A stretch of DNA of 25,275 nucleotides from a virus (Duplodnaviria; Caudoviricetes), in the IMG/VR virus record IMGVR_UViG_3300030012_001854, positions 1 to 25,275 of that record. One strand, given 5' to 3'. The position numbers and the translations under genes were made by a program. Below the pieces are notes generated by a model. It was not told the DNA's origin. It worked only from the letters and a program-made list of their open reading frames with translations, and made no database searches. Positions 15,901 through 25,275 of the stretch are shown here, in pieces (the first letter of the stretch is position 1; each line of letters starts with the position of its first letter).

Positions 15901-18481
15901 AACTATGTATCTTATAAAAGAAGGTCAAGGATTAGATGGCATAGATAATCTAGATGATTTATTTAAAATATTCGGTAAAAGTTTTACAACGCTTGATGAA
16001 AAGAATATGAAAAAAGCAGCAAATTCATACTATGACACAATACTAAATAATTACATAAAAGATTTACCACAGTATGTAACTGCACCAATAGATGGCACAG
16101 TATTAGATGATACAAAATGGATAGAGAGATTTGTTAATAAAATGTTTGACGAGATTATGGGACAAAGAACAGATAACGCTTCTAGGTCACCAGTATTTAG
16201 ACAAGCATACTGGCGTGCTGTATATGATTTGCTACCTAGAATGACACCTGCAATGCGCACAGTATTGTTAGAAGGTAAAACATATAGACAAGGTGGTAAG
16301 ACTATAAAAGTTAGTGGTGCTAGAAAATCTAACATACCTGACGAAAACTTATTAGCAAGTATAAAAGCAGACATAGGTTTACCTACTGTCAAGTTACGTA
16401 AAGCAGATACAGAAATAAATTTAGATTTATTTGAGAGAAGAGTAAAAGAGTTAAATGCTGCTGATCTAAAAGCAGGTACAAAATATGTAGACAATACAAA
16501 CCAAATACAAAAAATGCAACAAGATGTATCTATATATAAAAGAAAACAACAAAAACTTATAGACGATATAGATGATCAAATAAATGTTGGTGGTGACGAT
16601 ATAGATTTAGATTCATTGACAGCACAAAAAGACGCATTGATAGAAGAACTAAATGCAAATGTAAAAGACTTTAACACAGCTATTGATGAAATGGGTAAAG
16701 TTGCAGGATTTGACAATAACTTTATTGACGCAGAATATGTAGATAACTTTGCAAAAGCTATAGCACTTGAAGAGCTACAAGGTTTGTTATACGATCTAAG
16801 TAAACGTAGTAAGATAACCTACAACCTTAGAGGTATATTTCCATTCGGTGAAGCATACGTAGAAATATTATCTACATGGGCTAAGTTACTTAAAGAGAAT
16901 CCAGAGATTGTAAGAAGAGGTCAAGTATCTGTACAAGCTGCACGTGACAAAAATCCATTTAGTCCTGTAGAAGGAGAAGGGTTTTTATCAGAAGACGAAG
17001 TTACAGGAGAAGAAATATTTTATTATCCATTAGTAGATGATTTAGTATCTGACGCTATATTTGGTCAAGATAGAAATGTAGGTGTTAGATTACCAGGTTA
17101 TGCAGGTTCTCTAAACATTGCATTAGAAGTTGTACCAGGTATTGGTCCTACAGCTGCTATACCTGCAGCATTCTTTTTAGAAGGTACACCTAAATTTACA
17201 GAAACACAAAAGTTTTTATTTCCTTATGGTTTACCTACAGTTAAAACACCAGGTGACTTGATACAAGAAGCAGGTGTACCGGCATGGTTAAAGAACGGTG
17301 TACGTGCTGCTTTTATGTTTAACGAAGACGCACCTCCAGGTGAGTTATCACGTATTGCAGCTAATACAACTATTGATGTTTATAGAATACTAAAAGCAAA
17401 TGGTGAAGATGATATGACACCAGAAGCACAACAAAGATTATTAGAGAGATCTAGAACTGTAGGTAGAAATCTTACGTTAATTAAAATGTTTTCACAGTTT
17501 GTAGGTCCTACAGGATTAAATCCTAGATTTGATATAGGCGATCCTAAGAATGCAGGCAACGTATATTCTATGCAAATACTTGCAGATAGATATAGAGAAC
17601 TTATAGAAACACCACCTAAAGATCCAGTCACAGGTAATTTATTATTTGCACCTGGTGATAATTATTCTGCTACAAAATATTTTATAGATGAGTTTGGTTT
17701 TAATCCGTTAGATATTGCTACACCTAAATCTATAGTTGTAGAACCTAGACCTGTAGATGAACGTGGTGTACAGTTTGAAAAAGAGAATCCAGAGTTATTT
17801 GAAGAATATAAACTTACAGCATTCTATGCAGTACCAAATGGCGGTGGTGGTCCTTTTGACTACGAAGCATACACAAGAACTATATACAATGAGCAAAGAG
17901 AACCATTGACACCAGAAGAATGGTTAGCTACACGTAATCAAAGATTAGGTGAGTTTTTTATGGAAGAAGAGAGAGTTGCTTCTTTACAACAGTTTGACAT
18001 TACAGATCCATACCAGGCAAAACAAAGATCTAGATTATTAGCATTAAAAAGAAATATAGCTGCAACTAAATATCCAGGATTCGATACATCAATACCTGGT
18101 TTACCACAGCGTGGTACATTAGACGCACAATACGAAGAGTTAAAAAACTGGGAAAATAGTCCTAAGTTACGTAAAACAGAAACAGGTAAAGCTGTTGCAC
18201 AAGTATTAGATTATATAGCAATACTAGAAAAGAAATCATTAGGTAAAGGTTTGTCATCTAACGGTTGGCGTACATCACGTACAATGTTAGTTGAGAGACA
18301 ACAACTTAGAGATTTTATAGGACAGATAGCAGTATCTAATGATGATTTTTATGTTATTGCACAAAACTTACTATTACCATTATTCCAAGAGAGGACACAG
18401 TTCTTAGAGGATCTAGAGTATGATTATGATACAATGGTTGAATACGGCGCTTATTTGCCTACGCAGCAGGGAGAAGCATGA
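12971..18481 (+). CDS. Large putative internal virion / DNA ejection protein (1836 aa)
   Basis: Size, position after the portal and helical composition; SRSPVFRQAY and FPFGEAY...W...NP segments; no catalytic motif recognised. Confidence 0.65.
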   Translation: MGVFHFDNPKSEQDLYKELRQRKTQWTRAQSAVNKADAERATAIAQLYPNFSPDVITSLTMLQVKPEAEVLNTLSQRIVEHNKKNTVEKIFDPLKGAVRFGLLALEDLYRTTVDRPINSIIAATIGDNAENLSFADAYKQSGKSTVKQVFKNLAQGKDVNLGDGLLPQSEVFDPDNPNSKMFDEYKYLIQSGFDQQRAQSIIQNQLGSAITEIDRNMQEDSGLFNISTTLGTGETVQTPISLGRTVALGVSEPGTNAFNAISGVLDAGKALFLDPANYLTLGAAALAKSRKTLRASDDLIAQLKGIDVKDVKKMTKAELAEIGMVNRGWGLSFVTPKSVTDYLNKDPGGMKLVKYLSKIESESKFMDITGIKDPGVVKEFMKVSQDFTKTADEKILDMANLLDKAIGFRDMPFGNVRPTVGAIGRFLGGTAEAIAGTNVPQGTGALFGAKKVFKLALMDSNSRSARIMATYTKDLPLRYLDSENIEQSFDQIKKWLDQTDLNRNSKDKLLRETMNLKNRDQAGLFRVATSMLEETGRDLVENGQVSAQDARTFTRIFEETIDDMRKYFIDGYTGDNVRQPGMKMNPITVEGKMKAMPDAHLTTEFINRTIPMPDAGQLAKAMNSMSILRSKMGGTKAFDNFLAKYPKKMQKGITGRTVDWYYTEFWKPAVLLRGAWLLRVVGEEQLRMFTRGYDNIFSRPLSILSLGLAKATGAGKEAAQAKRWTQKNVEFKDLLGNPLDESLEWKQGSSRMRGANNNDELFGGAARNQRKQQGRRKKAGPHDYDVLDREDAIRGRFTGDRATGNKFVRSWTNEVAKLYLDDLFDLLFKNKSNPKARQNALEDWVKGQSPKAKAVIEEYAKGGTRYEDVMSTAGGRYAYAKSIEARLHQAAGGAFDEDITVLEDVMNKLEFEDIDFGKNPFPLRIDKPRNEDLYAMITTGKLKHIATERNQGVWTDAALLTPDQIKNAAGSVEHAGKTMYLIKEGQGLDGIDNLDDLFKIFGKSFTTLDEKNMKKAANSYYDTILNNYIKDLPQYVTAPIDGTVLDDTKWIERFVNKMFDEIMGQRTDNASRSPVFRQAYWRAVYDLLPRMTPAMRTVLLEGKTYRQGGKTIKVSGARKSNIPDENLLASIKADIGLPTVKLRKADTEINLDLFERRVKELNAADLKAGTKYVDNTNQIQKMQQDVSIYKRKQQKLIDDIDDQINVGGDDIDLDSLTAQKDALIEELNANVKDFNTAIDEMGKVAGFDNNFIDAEYVDNFAKAIALEELQGLLYDLSKRSKITYNLRGIFPFGEAYVEILSTWAKLLKENPEIVRRGQVSVQAARDKNPFSPVEGEGFLSEDEVTGEEIFYYPLVDDLVSDAIFGQDRNVGVRLPGYAGSLNIALEVVPGIGPTAAIPAAFFLEGTPKFTETQKFLFPYGLPTVKTPGDLIQEAGVPAWLKNGVRAAFMFNEDAPPGELSRIAANTTIDVYRILKANGEDDMTPEAQQRLLERSRTVGRNLTLIKMFSQFVGPTGLNPRFDIGDPKNAGNVYSMQILADRYRELIETPPKDPVTGNLLFAPGDNYSATKYFIDEFGFNPLDIATPKSIVVEPRPVDERGVQFEKENPELFEEYKLTAFYAVPNGGGGPFDYEAYTRTIYNEQREPLTPEEWLATRNQRLGEFFMEEERVASLQQFDITDPYQAKQRSRLLALKRNIAATKYPGFDTSIPGLPQRGTLDAQYEELKNWENSPKLRKTETGKAVAQVLDYIAILEKKSLGKGLSSNGWRTSRTMLVERQQLRDFIGQIAVSNDDFYVIAQNLLLPLFQERTQFLEDLEYDYDTMVEYGAYLPTQQGEA

Positions 18482-20178
18482 CAGAAGAATATAAACAATC
18501 TATAGTTGACAGCATTATTGCACAAAGACAATTAGCAGACAATGATCCTTTTGTTACAGAACTTAATGGGTATGTAAAAGAAAACATATCTGATTCTCTA
18601 TTTATTGCAAAAGTAAATACTGCCTTAAAAATATACGATACAGCACAATCAAAAGATTCTGTATCTGGTTTAGGTATGACAAGCGTTACAAAAAATGTTT
18701 TCACAAATGCACTAAATGACGCAATAGGTGCAGTAGAACTAGAAGGTGATCCTGCAGGATATGCACCAGGACAATATGAAACATGGTTAGTCAATACACC
18801 TTTGGACGTAAGAATAGATGTATTTAAAGGTATGGATATATCAGCAGGTGTTATACAAGCAGATGAGTCACAAGAATATTTTGATTATCTTATTGATAAG
18901 TTAGACGATTGGTATGACTCTACAGGACAGATAGGTGCATTAGTTAAACCTGGTGGTGGTAAAGGTGTTGTGTTGTTCTCTACAGATGAGTATGACAAAT
19001 ACAAAAAAAATTATGACAATCCAGAAGATACTATGCAAATATTTAGAGATGTAGAACCTGGTAGAACAAAAGTACCTAAGCAAGGATTTAGAGCAGAACC
19101 TACTGTATTGTATGAACCTATTATGTCAGGTGATCCAGGCAAGTATGAATTTAGCGGAGAATACAACAATAGAGTAAAAGATATAAGTGATGGCACATAC
19201 AAAACTGTTAAAGAAGCAGGTGGTGCTATAACAATAATAAATAACGCTACAGGCGAAACAGAACAAAGAGTTGTTACAGATAGTGAGTTTGTACAACTAT
19301 CAGAAGGACAACTTGATGGTGGTTATACAGTTATACAAAGTCAAGAAGCTGCAATAGTAAATCAAGCTAAAGAAACATTATTAGGACAAAGTGAGTTTTC
19401 TGGTAATTATGGTTTGTTTGGCGGTATTACTCCTGGTTATACAGTATATAAAAATCCAGACTTAGCTGCTGTATTTGAAGAAGGCAGAGAACTTACACCT
19501 AGTGACATGGCAGCAGAAACAATAACACTTACAGAAGAAGATGTAAAAAATAGATATGGTAATCAAGATCACATACAAATAGGTTTTAACATGTTGCCAC
19601 AAGAGAGACTAGCTGTACAAACAGATTTATTACAAGCAGGATATTTAAGTTATGATGATTGGTTTTTTGAGCAAGGTAGTTGGGGTGCTGCAAGTCAAGC
19701 AGCTATGTTGTCAGCAATGACAAATGCTAACTATGAGTTATCAGATATAGGTACACATCTAGCAGCAGAAAAAGATAGGTTATATAAACGACCACCATTA
19801 TTACCTAAAGTATTTATAGAACCTAGTCCATCAGCTGTAAAAACAGAGATAGATGGTGCTTTACGTGCTATAGGTATAGATAGAGAATTATCAGAAGCAG
19901 AGATGGTTGCACTAGCAGATTTTTATGTAGCTAGTAGTAAGAACTATGAAACAGCAGTTGCAGATTTTAACAAGAATTATGATTTAGCGCAACGTATGTT
20001 TCCTGGTGCAGATAAAAACCTTACCGTTCCAGAGACACCAACTGCTAGTCTAGAAGAATACGCTGATGGCTTATTTGGTGCAGAAGTAGCAGCAAAAGAA
20101 AAAGCTACAAAGGAACGTAATGATCTTAGCTACTTGTTTGGTACTCTCGATTCTATGTCCAGGTTGGCTAGTGGTTGA
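18478..20178 (+). CDS. Putative virion protein with peptidoglycan-binding-like segment
   Basis: LAVQTDLLQAGYL...GSWGAASQAAM resembles the PG_binding_1 pattern; ATGA coupling. Confidence 0.55.
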   Translation: MTEEYKQSIVDSIIAQRQLADNDPFVTELNGYVKENISDSLFIAKVNTALKIYDTAQSKDSVSGLGMTSVTKNVFTNALNDAIGAVELEGDPAGYAPGQYETWLVNTPLDVRIDVFKGMDISAGVIQADESQEYFDYLIDKLDDWYDSTGQIGALVKPGGGKGVVLFSTDEYDKYKKNYDNPEDTMQIFRDVEPGRTKVPKQGFRAEPTVLYEPIMSGDPGKYEFSGEYNNRVKDISDGTYKTVKEAGGAITIINNATGETEQRVVTDSEFVQLSEGQLDGGYTVIQSQEAAIVNQAKETLLGQSEFSGNYGLFGGITPGYTVYKNPDLAAVFEEGRELTPSDMAAETITLTEEDVKNRYGNQDHIQIGFNMLPQERLAVQTDLLQAGYLSYDDWFFEQGSWGAASQAAMLSAMTNANYELSDIGTHLAAEKDRLYKRPPLLPKVFIEPSPSAVKTEIDGALRAIGIDRELSEAEMVALADFYVASSKNYETAVADFNKNYDLAQRMFPGADKNLTVPETPTASLEEYADGLFGAEVAAKEKATKERNDLSYLFGTLDSMSRLASG

Positions 20179-21022
20179 TGTACCAGAAGTCACAGCAGAT
20201 ATAAAATATCTAACGCCTGTTAATTTAAAAGGCGGTCAACAGCAATATCAAGACGAATACGAAATAAAAGAATTAAAAACATCACAAGCTGCTATAGATT
20301 TTTTAAAGAAAAAAGAAGTGTTAAGACTAGAAGCATACGATGATGGTGCAGGAACTATGACTATAGGTTATGGACATACAGGTAATGTCACCGGTACACC
20401 AGTTAGACCTGGCACAGTAATTACAGAAGAAGAAGCAGAAGAATTATTAGCACAAGATTTACAAGAGTTTGAAACAAACGTTTATAACAGAATGGTAAAT
20501 TACAATACACCATTGTCACAAAGAGAGTTTGATTACATGGTAATTGCTACATTTAACAGAGGTAATGAGATAGTAGGTAAAAAACTTTATACAGCAGTTA
20601 GTAACAGAGAACAAGAAACTATAAGTAAATTAATGGCAAAAACTATAACAGGTAGTGATCCTAATGTTATGACAGGATTAGAAAATAGAATTGCAGACGA
20701 AATAGATTTTTTGTTTGATTTTTCACAATATAGTGTTACACCTACAACATTAGGTCCAGTTAATTTACCAAGCACAACACCAACAACTATGCCTGGCAAA
20801 ACAGAAGCAGGGTATCCTTTTGATATATATATACCACCAAGTCCTAAACAAGAAAAAGATAGACTAGATGGTTTTTTTGCAAAAATGGAAGAACTAGGTA
20901 TTGCATACGAAAATAAAGTAAATGAGTTACTAGGACTAGAACCAGGAGAGAAACCACCTAAACATGGTGTGTTAGGAGATTTTATTATTAAGAAGTTTGA
21001 CAAGTGGTTTGGCAATGACTGA
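20171..21022 (+). CDS. GH24 (T4-lysozyme-like) muramidase, probably virion-associated
   Basis: E-x8-D-x5-T triad in KEVLRLEAYDDGAGTMTIGYGH; ITEEEAEELLAQDL; LSQREFD...FNRG. Start uncertain (GTG 20171 or ATG 20120). Confidence 0.88.
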   Translation: MVDVPEVTADIKYLTPVNLKGGQQQYQDEYEIKELKTSQAAIDFLKKKEVLRLEAYDDGAGTMTIGYGHTGNVTGTPVRPGTVITEEEAEELLAQDLQEFETNVYNRMVNYNTPLSQREFDYMVIATFNRGNEIVGKKLYTAVSNREQETISKLMAKTITGSDPNVMTGLENRIADEIDFLFDFSQYSVTPTTLGPVNLPSTTPTTMPGKTEAGYPFDIYIPPSPKQEKDRLDGFFAKMEELGIAYENKVNELLGLEPGEKPPKHGVLGDFIIKKFDKWFGND

Positions 21023-22787
21023 ACAATTACCTATAGATGAAACAACGCCACCTAAAAAATTATATCATGGTTCACCTGGCATAATACAAGACCTTGATTT
21101 TAATTATCGTGGATTTCATGTTGGCACATACAAAGCAGCTTTAGATAGAAGATCAGGACAATTTGGTAGTACAAACTGGAACAAACTTAGAGATACAATA
21201 TCAGCATACGTAGATAAAGAATTAGATTACAACAGTAACTTTGCAAAAGCAGCAGAAGAAGCAGCAAGCAAAGATCTAAAGAATCCATATTTTTACCAAG
21301 ATTCTGTTTTTTATAAAGTAACAACAGACAAAGATTACACACATGAGTTACGTATTATTGGTTACATGGACGGTGATACACCGACTATGAGATTGTATTG
21401 GTGTGACGACAACATGAGAAGTTACATGATGGGCATGAGACCACCACTAGAAGACACTACAGAGTTTGCACAATTTATTATGAATGATATTGGTGAAGTA
21501 GAAGACATAGCTTCTTCAAGCACAGTGCAAGATTATTTAAGAGGTGCAGCAAAAATAGATGTACCAGAAAATTTTACAAATGATTATTTGTATGAAGTAA
21601 CAATAAAAGATAATCCTAAAATAGCAGTTGTTAACGAGTTGTTAGTTTATGACGGTACAAATTTTGCATTACTCGACGCAGATAACGCAGCAAACAATAT
21701 AGAGTTGTTTAAATTCGGTAGAGAAGGAAATGTAAAATTTGATAAAGTAGGTGCTGTTTTAGAGATGACGCCAAATATGTCAAGACAAATACAGAATGGT
21801 ATACCTTTACAAGCAGTTATAAACAACGCAGGTGTTCAACCAATCTCTGCAGGTAAATATTTACAAGATAAAGTAAACGCTGATTTACTTGCTTATAAAA
21901 ATGTAGTAGAAGATAATGGCAGTACAAGTTACATAATTTTAAAAGATGACAAAGTAGATATACAATTCGCAGCACCAGAACAACAAGTACAGTTTCAATT
22001 AGAAGTAGATCAAAACCAAACAAGGACCTATTTACAAGACGCAAAAATATATACAGATTTAGATTTAACAGATCCTATAAATACTGCAGACATAGCAGAT
22101 ACTATCAATAGTCAGTATGCAATGGAAGGTATGAGAAAAACAGGAGGATATTATAAACCAACAGCTGACGCAAGAATAAAATATTTTAGCGAAGCTATAT
22201 TACCTGCAATAAAAGGTGATGATTTATACACTATAGAAAATGCAGTAATTGATACATTAAAAGCTAATGAAGAGCAAAAGAAAAAGGCAAAGCGTAGAAT
22301 ATTTAGAAAAGGTAAAAATATAGGTAAAAGATTAGGCATGGTAAATCCATTAGCAGGTGGACCATTAGGTGCAGCAATGATGGAAGCATTAGACTATTAC
22401 GAAACATTAGTTATGATAGGTGGATTGGCGTATGCTTTTGCACCGGACACAGGCAAAATTGTAAAGAACTCTGCAAACCATATATTAGAAACTATGGCAA
22501 ATGCAGCAGGTTATAACATAAAAATAGAAGATTATGACTATGACTGGCGTCGTGTTAACAATACTTTAGATTGGATAGAAGCTGTATCTCCAACAGATAT
22601 TGTGTTAAACAAAGCAGGTAAAGCATTACAAAGCGATACAGATATGAACCAACCATATATGGCAAGTTTTGGTGAAATACCTATGCCAGATAAAGTAGGG
22701 AAAACATTAACAACACAACAAGCAAAAGATACAGAGAGAGATCCTATGTATGATAGAATTATAAGGACATTTAGTGGGAAATATTAA
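21015..22787 (+). CDS. Putative virion protein with ART-PolyVal-like ADP-ribosyltransferase domain
   Basis: LYHGS, GFHVGTYKAALDR, YLYEVTIKDNP, DLLAYKNVVEDNGSTSYIIL in the expected order. Confidence 0.65.
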   Translation: MTEQLPIDETTPPKKLYHGSPGIIQDLDFNYRGFHVGTYKAALDRRSGQFGSTNWNKLRDTISAYVDKELDYNSNFAKAAEEAASKDLKNPYFYQDSVFYKVTTDKDYTHELRIIGYMDGDTPTMRLYWCDDNMRSYMMGMRPPLEDTTEFAQFIMNDIGEVEDIASSSTVQDYLRGAAKIDVPENFTNDYLYEVTIKDNPKIAVVNELLVYDGTNFALLDADNAANNIELFKFGREGNVKFDKVGAVLEMTPNMSRQIQNGIPLQAVINNAGVQPISAGKYLQDKVNADLLAYKNVVEDNGSTSYIILKDDKVDIQFAAPEQQVQFQLEVDQNQTRTYLQDAKIYTDLDLTDPINTADIADTINSQYAMEGMRKTGGYYKPTADARIKYFSEAILPAIKGDDLYTIENAVIDTLKANEEQKKKAKRRIFRKGKNIGKRLGMVNPLAGGPLGAAMMEALDYYETLVMIGGLAYAFAPDTGKIVKNSANHILETMANAAGYNIKIEDYDYDWRRVNNTLDWIEAVSPTDIVLNKAGKALQSDTDMNQPYMASFGEIPMPDKVGKTLTTQQAKDTERDPMYDRIIRTFSGKY

Positions 22788-24031
22788 TGCCAGTAGTAGA
22801 TAAATCAGAAAATAAATTAATTAACACTATCTCTAAAGATTTTGAGATATGGGAAGAAATAACAGAATTTGGTAGTAAATTTTATTTAGTAGCACAGTTA
22901 CCTAGCTTTGAAGGTACAGGCGGTGCGTTTACATGGCGTTATGATATATCAGATTATAACGCTATAAAAGATAAAACAGCTAGTAGTAATTTAGTAGCAA
23001 ATGTTGTTGTTGATAGTGAATATAACATTGTAGAAGGTGATACTGCAATAACATCAGAAGCATATAAAAATAGTTTTTATTTTGGTAATGCTAATCAATT
23101 ATTGTTTTCTACAGCAGAAGCAGGTGCGCAACCTTATGATCATCTTGTTAACGCACTTATGGAAGAAGCAAAATATAGTGAATGGATTTTATCAGAAGAC
23201 GAGAATGGTAGATTAGATTTCTTAGCAGTGGCAATAGAAGCAGCACTAGAAGGACAGACAGTCAGGCAAGCAGACTTAGAACGTACTACATGGTGGCAAA
23301 CACACACTCCTACAGAGAGAGCAGCAGCAGAATTATTTGCAAGTGATCCTGCACAATATGCACAAAAATCTTTATCTACACAACAAAGTATTGTTGATGG
23401 CATGATTAGTAGAGGTGTACAAACAATAAATAAAGATGTAGTACAAGGACTTACAAGTCTGTTTGTCAAAGGCACAATAGCTAGTGAAGACGAACTAAAC
23501 AGAATATTAGATAAAATGATAAACGATCAGATAAGATATACACCAAGTGTAGAAGTACAAGCTGTACTTACAGGTCAATCATTTGACAATATTGTTGCAA
23601 CTAGAGGTTTAGCAAAAGAAATAGATAGTGTTCTTGGACCTGGTGCTAGTGAAAATTATGATTTAGAAGCTATTGTAAAAGAAGGTCAAGCTAATCCTGC
23701 ATGGTATAACGAAGTATTTATACCACAGGTAGAAGCAGCGTTCCAAACAAAGTATTCACAATTTTCTGGTACTAATGTAAAAAGTTATGAAACTGCAGCA
23801 GGTGCATTTAGAAATGAATGGCAATCTATAACAGGACAAATGCCTGATGAAACTACAAATGATTGGCAAAAGTTTTTTGCAACAAATGACGCAAAAGAAC
23901 GAGAAGATATTGCATTTGCAGCTGCAGCTAAACTAGGTACACAAACATATAGAGATACATTACAAAGTAAACTAGATAGTACTTTTGGATCAGCAGGTAT
24001 GAGAGCAACAGGTGGAGGTAGATTTCAATGA
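22787..24031 (+). CDS. Putative internal virion protein (414 aa)
   Basis: TAATG coupling; LERTTWWQTHTPTER motif; structural context. Confidence 0.6.
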   Translation: MPVVDKSENKLINTISKDFEIWEEITEFGSKFYLVAQLPSFEGTGGAFTWRYDISDYNAIKDKTASSNLVANVVVDSEYNIVEGDTAITSEAYKNSFYFGNANQLLFSTAEAGAQPYDHLVNALMEEAKYSEWILSEDENGRLDFLAVAIEAALEGQTVRQADLERTTWWQTHTPTERAAAELFASDPAQYAQKSLSTQQSIVDGMISRGVQTINKDVVQGLTSLFVKGTIASEDELNRILDKMINDQIRYTPSVEVQAVLTGQSFDNIVATRGLAKEIDSVLGPGASENYDLEAIVKEGQANPAWYNEVFIPQVEAAFQTKYSQFSGTNVKSYETAAGAFRNEWQSITGQMPDETTNDWQKFFATNDAKEREDIAFAAAAKLGTQTYRDTLQSKLDSTFGSAGMRATGGGRFQ

Positions 24032-25275
24032 GCATATTACAAAGATTTTTAAATATAGAGAGAGCTTTTAAACCTAGTGATGTACTAACTGGTCAAAGAG
24101 AACTTAGTGCTAGTGATGATATAGGTGCTATTAGAGAAGAAGCAGCAAAGAATGCAGCAGTACAAGCAGAGAGAAGACGTAGAGAGTTTTTAGCACAACA
24201 AGAAGCTGATAGACAAGCAGCAGCACAGAGAGCGCAAGAACAAGCTGCAGCAGCAGAAGCACTCGCAGAAGCAGAAGCCGCAGCAGCTGCAGAAGCAGCA
24301 GCGGCAGAAGAAGCTGCAAGAAGAGCTGCTAATGAAGCAGAAGCAGAGAGACTTAGAAGAGAAGCACAAAGACTAGAAGAAGAGAGACGTAGGTTAGCAG
24401 ACCTATCACGTAGAAATCCACCACCATTACCTGGTCCACAAGTTGTAGTACCTGGTGATCCTGTAGAACAATTTGATGGTTTACAGTTTGCAAAAGAAAA
24501 TTATTCATGGTTAGGTGATGAACTTATAACAACATTTATTGATGAATTTAACACAAACGGTGGTGATGAAGAAGAAGCTATAAGAGTTGTAAGAAGTACA
24601 CAAGCATATAAAGATAAGTTTCCAGGTATATTTAGAGAAGATGGTAAAACGTTACGCATAGATTCACCAACACCAGAACTAGAATATGTAAAAATAAAAG
24701 AAGATTATTCTAACTTATTACAAGACTACAATCTAAATCCAGAGTATTTTGAAGATCAAATAGAAACATTGTTCCAAAATGATGTGTCACCTAGAACATT
24801 TGAAGATAGATTAAGTACAGCATATAACGCATTGTTTACACAGTTTGACGCAGTAAAACAATATTACGTTAATAACTATCCAAATGTATTTCCTAGTACA
24901 GAAGATATAACAGATGAAGCAATATTTGCTAGTTTTATATCTGAAGATATATCAGAAGAAATTATACAACAACGTGTTGACGTATCACAAATAGGTGGTG
25001 CATTACAAGAACAAGGTTTTGCTATATCTACAGAACAAGCTACAAGATTAGTAAGTGCAGGATTAACAGGAGAAGGCGCACAAAGATTAGCAGCTAGAGC
25101 AGAAACACAATTACCTAGATTACAAAGACTTGCTAGAAGATTTACAGGTAGAGAAGACATATTTGGTTTGTCAGAGTTTATTGAATCAGAAGTATTCGGT
25201 GCAGGTGTTGCAGATCAAATAAGAGACAGACTAGAAGCAGAAGCACAAACAGCATTTACAAGAGAAGGTGGTGCT
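24028..25275 (+). CDS. Putative virion protein with Ala/Glu/Arg-rich helix, runs off the right edge
   Basis: Not in the track; ATGA overlap at 24028 and open to the window end (416 codons); MSILQRFLNIERAF...AAAEALAEAEAAAAAEAAAAEEAARR...TQAYKDKFPG...NDVSPRTFEDRL. Confidence 0.8.
   Translation, partial: MSILQRFLNIERAFKPSDVLTGQRELSASDDIGAIREEAAKNAAVQAERRRREFLAQQEADRQAAAQRAQEQAAAAEALAEAEAAAAAEAAAAEEAARRAANEAEAERLRREAQRLEEERRRLADLSRRNPPPLPGPQVVVPGDPVEQFDGLQFAKENYSWLGDELITTFIDEFNTNGGDEEEAIRVVRSTQAYKDKFPGIFREDGKTLRIDSPTPELEYVKIKEDYSNLLQDYNLNPEYFEDQIETLFQNDVSPRTFEDRLSTAYNALFTQFDAVKQYYVNNYPNVFPSTEDITDEAIFASFISEDISEEIIQQRVDVSQIGGALQEQGFAISTEQATRLVSAGLTGEGAQRLAARAETQLPRLQRLARRFTGREDIFGLSEFIESEVFGAGVADQIRDRLEAEAQTAFTREGGA
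24133..24400 (+). repeat. GCA/GAA-rich low-complexity coding repeat
   Basis: Runs of gcagcagca/gcagaa encoding the A/E/R-rich helix. Confidence 0.7.

Noticed and set aside
20120-20170. Signal/SAR-like N-terminus (MILATCLVLSILCPGWL) on the lysozyme
   Set aside because: Overlaps the upstream gene by 59 nt in another frame; GTG 20171 gives the short overlap typical of this genome.
672-25160. Minus-strand ORFs and nested plus-strand ORFs (such as 9313-9660, 10860-11048, 12982-13572, 24131-24319)
   Set aside because: Shadows of well-supported plus-strand genes; no RBS or motifs.
1-25275. Stop-codon reassignment, introns or inteins
   Set aside because: Genes tile densely under the standard code using TAA, TGA and TAG stops; terL and portal are uninterrupted and no intein motifs were seen.

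Overview
AT-rich (about one-third GC by eye) segment of a tailed dsDNA phage genome, with every credible CDS on the + strand. 1-7863 is an early/middle region: metallophosphoesterase (runs in from the left edge), Rad52/Sak-like annealing protein, stand-alone SET-domain protein, winged HTH, Hjc-type resolvase, a possible beta-clamp-like protein and many tightly coupled micro-ORFs. 7864-8627 is non-coding. 8628-25275 is a packaging/virion module: terminase large subunit with an N-terminal Zn-finger+HTH, portal, large internal-virion-type proteins, a GH24 lysozyme and an ART-PolyVal-like ADP-ribosyltransferase. Gene order and motifs resemble podovirus-like phages of low-GC aquatic Actinobacteria (inference, no search run). 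The best signals are non-coding and absent from the ORF track. (i) A 78-nt minus-strand tmRNA-like RNA (8218-8295) consisting only of the tRNA-like domain with the G3.U70 alanine pair. (ii) Tandem NrdR-box-like palindromes 32 bp apart over its promoter. (iii) A second structured minus-strand RNA candidate beside terL. (iv) A divergent pair of hairpin RNAs at 970-1150 carrying anti-Shine-Dalgarno sequences, one with 14-nt complementarity to a phage RBS. All family calls are from motif recognition by eye.
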